DNA of 64,000 bases, taken from the NCBI GenBank assembly GCA_028714375.1, contig JAQTMK010000001.1, forward strand, positions 243,636-307,635, given 5' to 3'. Below are positions 1 through 8,121 of the stretch, in pieces. This DNA comes from Candidatus Nanoarchaeia archaeon. Lineage in GTDB: Archaea > Nanobdellota > Nanobdellia > SCGC-AAA011-G17 > JACPNG01. Positions within the stretch are counted from its first letter, which is position 1; every line of letters begins with the position of its first letter. The position numbers and the translations under genes are program-made. The notes under the pieces were generated by a model. The model worked only from the letters and a program-made list of their open reading frames with translations. It searched no databases and had not been told where the DNA came from.

Positions 1-182
1 GAACAATAAGAGGGATGGTTCCATACAAACAGGAAAAAGGTTTAAAAGCTTATAACAAAATAAGATGCTATAAAGGAATACCAGATCAGTTTAAGGATAA
101 AAAATTAGAAGTAATTCAGGAAACAAAATTAAAAAATGCAACAAAGTATTTGACTTTGGAACAAATATCAGCTTTAATATAA
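1..182 (+). CDS. rpl13: 50S ribosomal protein uL13, C-terminal part (5' truncated by window edge)
   Basis: Frame 3 reads TIRGMVPYKQEKGLKAYNKIRCYKGIP..., the archaeal L13 IRGM.P motif; stop at 180-182 directly before rps9. Confidence 0.9.
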   Translation, partial: TIRGMVPYKQEKGLKAYNKIRCYKGIPDQFKDKKLEVIQETKLKNATKYLTLEQISALI

Positions 183-183
183 A

Positions 184-594
184 ATGACAGAACAAAAATC
201 ATTTGTGACATCAGGAAAAAGAAAGACTTCAATAGCTAAAGCTACTCTTAGACCTGGAAAAGGAATTATAAGAATCAACAGTCAATTACTCGATACTATT
301 GGAAATGATTTCACAAGAATGAAATTAAAAGAGCCAATGATGCTCGCTGAACCTCTAAGCAATAAAGTTAACATAAGCATTAAAGTTAAAGGTGGAGGAT
401 TCCAAAGCCAGACCGAAGCATCAAGATTAGCAATTGCTAAGGCATTGCTTAATTACTCTAATAATAGCATGGAATTAAAAAAGAAATTTTTGGATTATGA
501 CAGACACCTTTTGGTTGCTGACGTAAGAAGAAAAGAAATGTGTAAACCTAATGATTCCAAAGCTAGAGCAAAAAGACAGAAGTCATACAGGTGA
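184..594 (+). CDS. rps9: 30S ribosomal protein uS9
   Basis: SGKRKTSIA, VKGGG..SQ..A.R.AIA, ARAKRQKSYR C-terminus; L13-S9-RpoN synteny. Confidence 0.97.
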   Translation: MTEQKSFVTSGKRKTSIAKATLRPGKGIIRINSQLLDTIGNDFTRMKLKEPMMLAEPLSNKVNISIKVKGGGFQSQTEASRLAIAKALLNYSNNSMELKKKFLDYDRHLLVADVRRKEMCKPNDSKARAKRQKSYR

Positions 595-603
595 GGATAC
601 AAA

Positions 604-798
604 ATGATTATACCAATTAGATGCAAATCATGCGGAAAACCAATCGCCCATTTATGGGAAGAATTTGTAGAAAGATCTAAAACCGAAGACAAGAAAAAAG
701 TTTTGGATGATTTAGGATTGGAAAGAATGTGCTGCAGATCTGAATTTATAAGTAATGTGGATTTGATAGATACAGTAATGAAATTTAAGAAAGCTTAA
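604..798 (+). CDS. rpoN: DNA-directed RNA polymerase subunit N (Rpo10)
   Basis: MIIPIRCKSCGK...LDDLGLERMCCR signature. Confidence 0.97.
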   Translation: MIIPIRCKSCGKPIAHLWEEFVERSKTEDKKKVLDDLGLERMCCRSEFISNVDLIDTVMKFKKA

Positions 799-823
799 AA
801 ACAATTTCTTTTTATTTAATTCT

Positions 824-1255
824 ATGAGAGATAATTCCTTTTTGGCAGAACGTCTAGACCAGATATGGAAATTTTTATTCCCAGAGCTGGAAAGAAAAAA
901 TAATGTGATTATAAGATTTAAGGGTAGTTGGAGAAATAAGTTTGGTCATATAAAATTACTGAAAAACAAAGATACAGAAATTGCAATCAATGGTTTTTTC
1001 AAAAGTGATGTTATCCCAGAATATATCATAGATCTAACAATAGCTCACGAATTGATTCATTACATGCATGGATTTAATTCTCCTTATGAAAAAAAATTCA
1101 AGTATCCGCATCAGGGAAACATCGTAAATAAGGAATTAACAAAAAGAGGTTTTGGTGAAATGTTAAGAAAAGAAAAAGATTTTGTAAAAACCGAATGGCC
1201 TGTGATTGTCAAACAGAACTTTAAACCAAAAAGATATTCATTTAGGTTTTTTTAA
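824..1255 (+). CDS. SprT-like zinc metalloprotease domain protein
   Basis: TIAHELIHY HExxH motif plus downstream PH.G histidine. Confidence 0.7.
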   Translation: MRDNSFLAERLDQIWKFLFPELERKNNVIIRFKGSWRNKFGHIKLLKNKDTEIAINGFFKSDVIPEYIIDLTIAHELIHYMHGFNSPYEKKFKYPHQGNIVNKELTKRGFGEMLRKEKDFVKTEWPVIVKQNFKPKRYSFRFF

Positions 1256-1561
1256 AACTGTTCTCATATACTTTTTGCAGTTTAAGCAATAGTAAATTAG
1301 TTTATTGTCTTTGGTTCTGACTCTGCAGTTTATCCCTGGTTTAAGAAAAGAATAACAGTGTTTACAGAAATTCTTTTTCAGATTAGAAGGAATCTTTGTT
1401 TTTGTTTTCATTGCAATATTTCTTGCAAGCTTGACATATCTGTTTGCCAAAGAACTGTCTTTTTTGAAAACTTCTTTTGCCTGTTTGAATAGTTCCTCAA
1501 TTCTTTCTTTTGCTATAGTCTTATCTTTTTCCTTTTTTTTCACGTAGAAATCTTTTGGCAT
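1238..1561 (-). CDS. rnp4: Ribonuclease P protein component 4 (Rpp21)
   Basis: IAKERIEELF, ANRYVKLARNIA, FCKHC..L.PG, CLNC zinc ribbon. Confidence 0.92.
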   Translation of the reverse strand: MPKDFYVKKKEKDKTIAKERIEELFKQAKEVFKKDSSLANRYVKLARNIAMKTKTKIPSNLKKNFCKHCYSFLKPGINCRVRTKDNKLIYYCLNCKKYMRTVLKKPK

Positions 1562-1610
1562 AAGAATTACTTATTTTCTTTTTTTAAATATCTTTTGTAA
1601 GAAATATAAA

Positions 1611-1726
1611 GGTGGACAGCGAAACAGGCTTCCCGTTATATAACAGTATCACCTGAAACGTGGGTTTGTTTAACTATCCGAGTTCGAGATGGGATCGGGT
1701 GGGACCAAACCGCCATGGCCGTCCGA
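1611..1726 (-). rRNA. rrf: 5S ribosomal RNA (stand-alone, not in an rRNA operon here)
   Basis: Minus strand GGACGGCCATGGCGG...CCCACCCGATCCCATCTCGAACTCGGATAGTTAA...CGCTGTCC; conserved 5S motif and terminal helix; upstream TATA at ~1747-1754. Confidence 0.93.
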
Positions 1727-1768
1727 GTTTTTAGGTAAATTTTGAGTTTATAAATGTTTTGCTAGTCA

Positions 1769-1785
1769 CAGTAGATGGTAAAGTA
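1769..1785 (+). repeat. Left terminal inverted repeat (preceded by TSD AGTCA, 1764-1768)
   Basis: CAGTAGATGGTAAAGTA, 16/17 identical to right TIR. Confidence 0.92.
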
Positions 1786-1828
1786 GAACATACAAAATTT
1801 TTTAAAGAGTGAATTTTTCCCTTTTATT

Positions 1829-2064
1829 ATGAGACCTAGAAGATCTGGATGTATGGACAGAGTTTTGGACATTCCATAGCATCTAAAAAGGGATGGAATA
1901 AGAGTAAACTAAAAGAGGGAGCTATAAAGATTGCTAAAAAACAAGCAATTTCCTATGCTACAGGATATATCGTTAATCCAGTAGCAACCGATATCCTTGT
2001 TGGAAAAGGTGTGCCAAGAAAAAAGGCTAAAACCATTGTAGATATTGCAAGTAAATTTATCTAA
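1829..2064 (+). pseudogene. Small basic passenger protein, probably frameshifted near its 5' end (track ORF 1849-2064 is the distal frame)
   Basis: ATG at 1829 lies ~23 nt after a TTTTTAAA box; adding one G at ~1851 gives MRPRRSGWYGQSFGHSIASKKGW... Confidence 0.45.
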
Positions 2065-3605
2065 GGTGGGTCTTCATAAGCTACCCTATAAAGAACCACA
2101 GCAAACAGCTTTGAACTAATCAGAGGTTTATCTATCAACCTTCCATAAATAGCTAGAGAAACGCAAAGATTGACCAAAACCCACAGATTGAATAGACAGG
2201 TTGAAAATAAAAAATAAAACAATCTAATATGAAAATTCTTTGAAGTCGTTCTGGGTTTGAAATCATGTTCTAATTGCCTATATTTAGTTTCAATACCCCA
2301 TCTTGCAGAATAAAATCTAAATAAATAATGTGTGAGTGGGACAGGCATATCCAAGTTTGTGGAGAAGGCTCTTTTTATTCCATCTTGATCATCTACTAAA
2401 ACTAAATTAGTGGTTTCATCTCCGATCTTAAAATCTTTTATTACTCTTGCCTTACAGTCTTCTGATTTATCATACCATTGTTTAACTGTTGGACTTTTTA
2501 TCTTAGGCATTAAATACTTAACATTATTTTGTTTTAGGATTCTTATTACGGATGGCTTATCAAAACCCCTATCAAGATATACTTTATGAATGTGTATTTT
2601 CTCTTTTGCTCTTTTAATTAATTTTTCAACTAAATCTTCTTGAGAGTCTACTGGATGGATCATTAAAGCATCTATCGTAAATCTTCTTCCAGCAACAACA
2701 ATTGAACAAGTCATAAACTTAAAGAAATTACTTGTTCCTTTGTCTTGCTTTCCACCCATAACAAATTGATCTGCTTTATCTCCATAATAAGGGATTTCAT
2801 GGATATCTATAGCAACATCTAACATCCGTCTATTAAGTAAATTATAATTTTTCTTAGAAAACTCAAAGATAACATCAAAAATATTTCTAAAAGTCTCTTC
2901 TATTCCTTCTTTTTGGTTTAATTTTTTTAAGTGATAAAGGATGGTTTCTCGTGCAGGGCATCCTATATCTGGATTTAATTCTTTAAAAGTTTCAACTCCA
3001 TTCGTACAAAAGTCATGAGTCTGAGCAATATGAACTAAAACATCTAATAGATCTCTTGTTGTGAACTTAGCATTATGTCTTAGCTTAATTTCTATTTGTG
3101 GGTAAACTAATCTCTTGACTAATCTTACTGCTTCTTTGAAAGCTTTATTCTTTTCATTAAGCTTATTTTTATGTTCTTTTATGACTTTGTTTACTAAGCC
3201 TATATCTAAAATGACACGATTTTGGGTAGCTATGGATAGTATTTTCTCAACAATTTTATCTAAAAACATAATTTTTTCCTTATCCAAACTCTTCTGTAAA
3301 AATTCATTAAATGTTCTTTTTTTAGGAAAGATTAAATTATCATTATCATCTTTAAAGAATCCTAGATTGTATGCTTCTCTTTTATTGTTGTTAAAATAGT
3401 CTTCTATTTGGGGGTATGTAGAAAATCCTTTAATCCTCTTGAACAGATATATCTTAATTAAGGATTCTGAAGAGAAAATATGGTTCTTAGCATCTAAGAT
3501 CGGTAAGGATAAATTTAGTTTAGAAAGAATATAGGAAATCTTAGTAGAATAACAACTACTAAGACTCCCAAAAATTTTATTAAGTTCATTTTCTATTCCC
3601 TCCAT
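2061..3605 (-). CDS. DDE transposase, ISH3/IS4-like, with ~130-aa N-terminal extension
   Basis: VAIDIH (D1), VYLDRGF (D2), YSARWGIETKYR (E, YREK-like), TTSKNFHIRLFYF...FNLW. Confidence 0.92.
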   Translation of the reverse strand: MEGIENELNKIFGSLSSCYSTKISYILSKLNLSLPILDAKNHIFSSESLIKIYLFKRIKGFSTYPQIEDYFNNNKREAYNLGFFKDDNDNLIFPKKRTFNEFLQKSLDKEKIMFLDKIVEKILSIATQNRVILDIGLVNKVIKEHKNKLNEKNKAFKEAVRLVKRLVYPQIEIKLRHNAKFTTRDLLDVLVHIAQTHDFCTNGVETFKELNPDIGCPARETILYHLKKLNQKEGIEETFRNIFDVIFEFSKKNYNLLNRRMLDVAIDIHEIPYYGDKADQFVMGGKQDKGTSNFFKFMTCSIVVAGRRFTIDALMIHPVDSQEDLVEKLIKRAKEKIHIHKVYLDRGFDKPSVIRILKQNNVKYLMPKIKSPTVKQWYDKSEDCKARVIKDFKIGDETTNLVLVDDQDGIKRAFSTNLDMPVPLTHYLFRFYSARWGIETKYRQLEHDFKPRTTSKNFHIRLFYFLFSTCLFNLWVLVNLCVSLAIYGRLIDKPLISSKLFAVVLYRVAYEDPP

Positions 3606-3635
3606 TAAAGATTCTGTATTTACGGTACGGACTCC

Positions 3636-3664
3636 TGCCAGGAACAGTTATCTGTTCCTTGGCA
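3636..3664. terminator. Hairpin overlapping the stop codon of the upstream ORF, ~30 nt before the transposase start
   Basis: TGCCA-GGAACAG ttat CTGTTCC-T-TGGCA. Confidence 0.5.
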
Positions 3665-3809
3665 TCTCTGATTGTATTATTGCAATTGCTTGCCATATGC
3701 TCTTAAGATTCATTTGTATATCCCTATGTTCTGGACATAACACTTTTCCTGTTAATGGATCCAATTTGCCTGGTTTTTTGCAATATTTGCATCGTTTATA
3801 TTTTTCCAT
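3648..3809 (-). CDS. 53-aa zinc-finger microprotein (not in ORF track)
   Basis: MEKYKRCKYCKKPGKLDPLTGKVLCPEHRDIQMNLKSIWQAIAIIQSEMPRNR; CxxC...CxxH; GGGAGG SD upstream. Confidence 0.75.
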   Translation of the reverse strand: MEKYKRCKYCKKPGKLDPLTGKVLCPEHRDIQMNLKSIWQAIAIIQSEMPRNR

Positions 3810-3892
3810 GATATATCCTCCCTTACATTATATTTTATACCATCTTTTTCTCTTATCAAATTCCACTAGCTTGTTTTAGACAACTTCTAATA

Positions 3893-4001
3893 TTTTAGTC
3901 CTACTATTTTAGAATAATCCCATTTATAAATTTTTCTAAACAAATAGGACTAAAATTTTCACCTTTCAGTGAATAAGAATATTTAAGTATTAGTCCTATT
4001 T
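3893..4001. promoter_or_regulatory. Divergent promoter with three TTAGTCCTA motifs (putative operators)
   Basis: TTTTAGTCCTA 3893-3903; inverted copy AAATAGGACTAAAA 3942-3955; TTAGTCCTATTT 3990-4001; next to TATA-like boxes at ~3923 and ~3981. Confidence 0.6.
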
Positions 4002-4011
4002 AATTATAGTA

Positions 4012-4290
4012 ATGAAAAAAAATAGTCTTAAGAATCGAGATATCCAATTTGCCAAAATTGGAGAGTATGAAACTATTAAAAAAGAAAAAAAGATTGGTGC
4101 AGAAAAAATCAAAGAAGAACCCCTAGAAAGCCTTATTTATTTTGATGGCAGACAATACTCCTGTAAGATCCCAAAAAAAGTTATGGATACTGTTGGGTTT
4201 AGGAAAGGAGATAAATTAAAATTTACCTTAATAAAAATCCCAAGAGAAGGAGTAATCGAATTGGAGGTAGAGTATGTTAAATCCAGATAA
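4012..4290 (+). CDS. AbrB/MazE/SpoVT-type DNA-binding protein
   Basis: DGRQYSCKIPKKVMDTVGFRKGDKLKF swapped-hairpin pattern. Confidence 0.75.
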   Translation: MKKNSLKNRDIQFAKIGEYETIKKEKKIGAEKIKEEPLESLIYFDGRQYSCKIPKKVMDTVGFRKGDKLKFTLIKIPREGVIELEVEYVKSR

Positions 4291-4525
4291 TTTTTCTGAA
4301 ATTGAGTTCAAAATCTTGAAGATTTTATTTTCAGGAATGAGATTTATGTCTACCAAGGAGATTTCAGTTAAAACTGGTTATGCCTGGGAAACTTGTTTAT
4401 CTTATCTGAAGGAACTTTATGAAGGAGGATATGTTCTCGTAAAAAAAACAACAAAACAACAAAACACAAGTTTATTATGGAAATTTAACTATGAAAGATA
4501 CAGGGATCTTAAAAAGCAATCTTAG
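4274..4525 (+). CDS. Winged helix-turn-helix regulator
   Basis: MSTKEISVKTGYAWETCLSYLKELYEGGYV. Confidence 0.8.
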   Translation: MLNPDNFSEIEFKILKILFSGMRFMSTKEISVKTGYAWETCLSYLKELYEGGYVLVKKTTKQQNTSLLWKFNYERYRDLKKQS

Positions 4526-4583
4526 TTTATTCACCTTATGTATTAATTCTGACTTAATTAATTAAATCTTAAAAAATTAAAAA

Positions 4584-4602
4584 AAGGAGTTATTAACTCC
4601 TT
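4584..4602 (-). terminator. Hairpin plus T-tract after the secreted-protein gene
   Basis: AAGGAGTTA/TAACTCCTT inverted repeat followed by a T-run on the minus strand. Confidence 0.55.
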
Positions 4603-5161
4603 ATTTCCAGGCAAGTGTGCTTATGCCTACTCCTACACCTTCAAAGATGAAGTTAGTTCTCCATGGTTTGTAGCTTTTAATGTATTTATAGACATTTGAG
4701 TTACTTGCGAAATGGAATTGTGTTGTTTTCCATTTATCAACTTCTACAACAGGTTCTCCTTTAACCATTGTAGTATCACACTCTGTGTTCTCATCTACAA
4801 AAGAACCCACAACAAAGTCTTTATTTCCTATTTCAACACTCAGGTCAAAGCTGTCGTCTGCATCACATCTGTCTAAGTAAGTTACATAAACATTTGAGAA
4901 TGAAGCAACTTTCTTCTTATTCAAGATTAAGTCTAAACTTGCTTCTGAATCCTCAATTATTCTATAACCTACTTTATATTTTTCTACTCCACTCCATCCT
5001 GTTAGAGTTAGGTCTTTATTTCCTTTCAAGGAAATCATTGTGTTTATGTTTTTTTGGTTTGCTAACTCAAAAACACTTGCGTCTTTTGGGATTGTAACTG
5101 CACTAGCAAAGCTTACAAATCCAACTAAAAATATAGCCAATATAGCTAGAATTTTATTCAT
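4601..5161 (-). CDS. Secreted beta-rich hypothetical protein
   Basis: Signal peptide MNKILAILAIFLVGFVSFASA; GGAGG SD upstream. Confidence 0.75.
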   Translation of the reverse strand: MNKILAILAIFLVGFVSFASAVTIPKDASVFELANQKNINTMISLKGNKDLTLTGWSGVEKYKVGYRIIEDSEASLDLILNKKKVASFSNVYVTYLDRCDADDSFDLSVEIGNKDFVVGSFVDENTECDTTMVKGEPVVEVDKWKTTQFHFASNSNVYKYIKSYKPWRTNFIFEGVGVGISTLAWK

Positions 5162-5228
5162 TTTAATCCTCCATATTTAGTTACCCCTTTTATTGTTACT
5201 TTCTAACAATAGTGATAATATATAAAGC

Positions 5229-5260
5229 TTTTGGTATCCATTTGGTATGGATAACCAAAA
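5229..5260. promoter_or_regulatory. Inverted/direct repeat operator between divergent genes
   Basis: TTTTGGTATCCA...TGGATAACCAAAA, with TTTGGTAT repeated directly at 5230 and 5241. Confidence 0.55.
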
Positions 5261-5298
5261 AAGAATATATTTTGAAACGTGTTAGAGAGGTATGTCAA

Positions 5299-5457
5299 AT
5301 GGTTAGCAAATACACAAATATCGGACTCCCTGATGAATTAATAAAAGCAATAGATGACATTATCAAGAATTCTAAGTTAGGTTATAAGTCAAGAGGGGAA
5401 TTTGTCAAGGAAGCTGTAAGGGTTTCTCTAATGAAGATTAGAGAACATAAAAAGTGA
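5299..5457 (+). CDS. Ribbon-helix-helix (CopG/Arc/MetJ) regulator
   Basis: YTNIGLPDELIKAIDDII...GYKSRGEFVKEAVR; start moved to ATG 5299 behind GAGGT SD. Confidence 0.85.
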   Translation: MVSKYTNIGLPDELIKAIDDIIKNSKLGYKSRGEFVKEAVRVSLMKIREHKK

Positions 5458-5469
5458 TCTAAATAAGGA

Positions 5470-5637
5470 TTGGATATTAGAACAATTAAAAAGAATCCAG
5501 ATATTTCTATGTCTTCTTTAGAAAGGAAGATTGGACGAATCCTTCTTCTTTGAGAGAACATTGTGAACAATTGGAAGAGCTAGGATTGATTAAGATTAAA
5601 AAAAGTGAAAAAGACTACAAGATTAAAGATTATTTAA
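5470..5637 (+). pseudogene. Frameshifted winged-helix regulator remnant
   Basis: IRTIKKNPDISMSSLERKIG + (one base missing at ~5535) + NPSSLREHCEQLEELGLIKIKKSEK. Confidence 0.65.
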
Positions 5638-6473
5638 TCTGTTGAAGATGCTCTAAGAAGAAATTCCTTTGGGGTAATTGGTTCTAAACCATAATATGCT
5701 TTTATCTCATTATGGACTTTAAAAAAGGTTTGATCGTCACTTCCTCTGAAAGGAATAAATATATGGTCACAAGAAACGAAATAGAAAGTAGGGGTAATCT
5801 TTAATTCATCTTTCATTTTATTGTAACAATATATTGCTTCAGCCAAAATTCTAAGATCATTTATTTTCTTATAATTTCCAAATTTATAAAATGGCTCTAA
5901 TAACTTTTTTAGATTTTGATATTCTGGATAATCTTTATCTTTTATTAAAAAACCTTCATTAACTCCTTTTCTCTCAAAGTAGTCTATTAAATAATCTTGT
6001 CTTATTTTGAGCGGTTTAAATATTTTACTAAATAATTCATCTCTCAATCCTTCAACAGAAACATCATCTACTGCTATAGAACCAAACTGATCTAAGATAT
6101 CATAAGTAATTGAGGGAAATTTAACAAAAAATATTTGAAAAAGAAGGTAATCAAACACTTTTTTATCCTCAATAGGTAATTTACTTATCCTTTTTGGTAA
6201 TTTTAATTTTTCAATAATCTTCTTTTCTAATTGCTCCTTTTTTTGTAATAAATTTCTAATCTCTCTCTTTACACCATATGAAACAAAGGGATCTAATTCT
6301 CCTTTTTTCTTCATTACATACTCTATTAATTCATAAGAATGTTTATATCTCTCGGGTTTAGATATTAATCCTTTTTCTATATCCATTTTAAGATAATTGT
6401 TGGATTCTAATAATTTGTATTGAGCTGCACCCAAAATAACACTTGTTTCAAAAAATAATTTGGCTGAAATCAT
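5634..6473 (-). CDS. Divergent PIN-like domain protein
   Basis: N-terminal LFFETSVIL, V..EI, NDLRILAEA, FVSCDHIF acidic motifs spaced as in the PIN fold. Confidence 0.6.
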   Translation of the reverse strand: MISAKLFFETSVILGAAQYKLLESNNYLKMDIEKGLISKPERYKHSYELIEYVMKKKGELDPFVSYGVKREIRNLLQKKEQLEKKIIEKLKLPKRISKLPIEDKKVFDYLLFQIFFVKFPSITYDILDQFGSIAVDDVSVEGLRDELFSKIFKPLKIRQDYLIDYFERKGVNEGFLIKDKDYPEYQNLKKLLEPFYKFGNYKKINDLRILAEAIYCYNKMKDELKITPTFYFVSCDHIFIPFRGSDDQTFFKVHNEIKAYYGLEPITPKEFLLRASSTD

Positions 6474-7018
6474 TATAATTCAGAGATTAGTTCGTTAGTT
6501 TCATTAAGAACTTTAACTAAAATCTCTTCTCCTTCTTTATTACTAAACAGGATCCGATCTTCTTTATAGATTGCGTCTTCTTTGGAGAGTTTTATTAAAA
6601 TTCTAATAGAGTCATTTAATGTGACAAAACATTCATTTTCTATTTTATTTGAATCATATATATTTTTTAAAGAATCAATAATTAATCTAATAAAAACTAA
6701 ATAATCTCTATCTAAAATTCTTTTTGCAGCTATTGGGTTTTGATGAGCCATTTTTGCATTTGTCAAGTTATCTTTTAGATTTAAACAAATGTCTTTTGTA
6801 GTGATAGCCGCACCAAAAGTGATTATTTGATCCATCATTTTTTGATCAAATTTATTAAAGAAAACATTTCCCATTTCTTCAAAATCTTTAGCTAATTTAT
6901 CAAAACATTCGATCACTTGAGGTGAAATCTCTTTTTGTTCAATACTTTTTTTTAGTAATTCATCTATATGAAAAATTAAATTTTCACTTTGATCGAGATT
7001 ACATGTTTTATGATCCAT
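6473..7018 (-). CDS. Hypothetical helical protein translationally coupled to the PIN-like gene
   Basis: 181-aa ORF; TAATG stop/start overlap at 6473. Confidence 0.6.
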   Translation of the reverse strand: MDHKTCNLDQSENLIFHIDELLKKSIEQKEISPQVIECFDKLAKDFEEMGNVFFNKFDQKMMDQIITFGAAITTKDICLNLKDNLTNAKMAHQNPIAAKRILDRDYLVFIRLIIDSLKNIYDSNKIENECFVTLNDSIRILIKLSKEDAIYKEDRILFSNKEGEEILVKVLNETNELISEL

Positions 7019-7268
7019 CTTTCAATTTATAAATAAAAGTGTATGAGAACATTTTATAGAAAGTAATCTCCAATGGATTACCCAACCCCTTTTTCATACA
7101 TATCTATAAAATATCCCCTTATATAAATGTAACATTATCACTTGATAGTTAATATTTAAACTTTTCGTTTATCCAAACTATATGTATTAAATTATTTCAA
7201 AATTAGATTATTTAAAAGAATTGTTTGAGTTGAGAAAAATTTATCTATTTGGAGTTATCTGCCAAAAG

Positions 7269-7658
7269 ATGAAATCCACTGAAAAAATTGCAGACTCTCT
7301 AGAAAAATTCTTGGTAAGATTACAGAGGGCTAACTCTTTGATTATAGAAAGAGAAAAACATCCAGTATTAAAATCTCAAGTTTGGGAATTAGCTAGGATG
7401 TTTATAAGGGTAATATTTTATTTTCTTCTTATCTTTGGAGGGTATCTACTCACTACACTGCCTCAAATTCTTAAGTCAAAGAGTCTATTTTTTGGATTTG
7501 CCTTATATGTGATCCTATTAATAGTTATGTATGAGGTTTTGATAATGTATTTAATGAAAAAATTAAAATGTTTATTAAGAAAGCTCATGAAACCTATGGA
7601 AAAGATTTTAAAAATCAAACCAATCAGCAAGAAAGTGGAGGCAAAAAATAAATGTTAA
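7269..7658 (+). CDS. Two-TM membrane protein (probable frameshift in T-run at 7537-7540)
   Basis: Two hydrophobic segments; alternative frame ends ...NQTNQQESGGKK with TAA 7649-7651 abutting the Fic ATG. Confidence 0.55.
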   Translation: MKSTEKIADSLEKFLVRLQRANSLIIEREKHPVLKSQVWELARMFIRVIFYFLLIFGGYLLTTLPQILKSKSLFFGFALYVILLIVMYEVLIMYLMKKLKCLLRKLMKPMEKILKIKPISKKVEAKNKC

Positions 7659-8083
7659 CTAATGAAGAAGTTATTAAACACAATAAACATATTATTGATG
7701 TTAGTGGAGGAGATTTTGGGGTACTCCAAAGAGGAGATCTAGATTTTATTGTAGATTCTTCAAATCAAGCAAAAACTATCATAGATAAGGCTACGAGTCT
7801 TCTTTATGGTATCGCAAATAGTCATTCATTTCTTAATGGAAATAAAAGAACTGCTTTTGAACTTTCAAAGGGAGTCTTGGAATCTGGAGGATACGCTTTT
7901 ACTGCTAGCCCAGAAAGTATAATTGGATTTATAGGGGGCATAGCCCAAGATCAAGTGTCTAAACCACAAGTCAAAGAATGGATTACAACCAATTCACATT
8001 TTACAGGAAGTACTTTAAATTTGACTAGCATAGTCACAGAAAACATTAATAAAGATAAGGAACTATTAAAAAAATTAGATTAA
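7652..8083 (+). CDS. Fic/Doc (death-on-curing) family protein
   Basis: HSFLNGNKRTA matches the Doc-type HxFxxGNKR motif; GGAGG SD upstream. Confidence 0.9.
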   Translation: MLTNEEVIKHNKHIIDVSGGDFGVLQRGDLDFIVDSSNQAKTIIDKATSLLYGIANSHSFLNGNKRTAFELSKGVLESGGYAFTASPESIIGFIGGIAQDQVSKPQVKEWITTNSHFTGSTLNLTSIVTENINKDKELLKKLD

Positions 8084-8121
8084 GTTTATCAAATAAGTTG
8101 ATTAAAGATATAGAATAAAAC

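Noticed and set aside
3697-3879. Plus-strand 60-aa ORF
   Set aside because: Shadow of the minus-strand zinc-finger ORF, which has an SD and a motif.
7040-7100. Nested inverted repeats (TGTATGAGAA/TTTTCATACA, GTAATC/GATTAC) in the transposon
   Set aside because: AT-rich and short; could be chance, with no independent support for an ncRNA.
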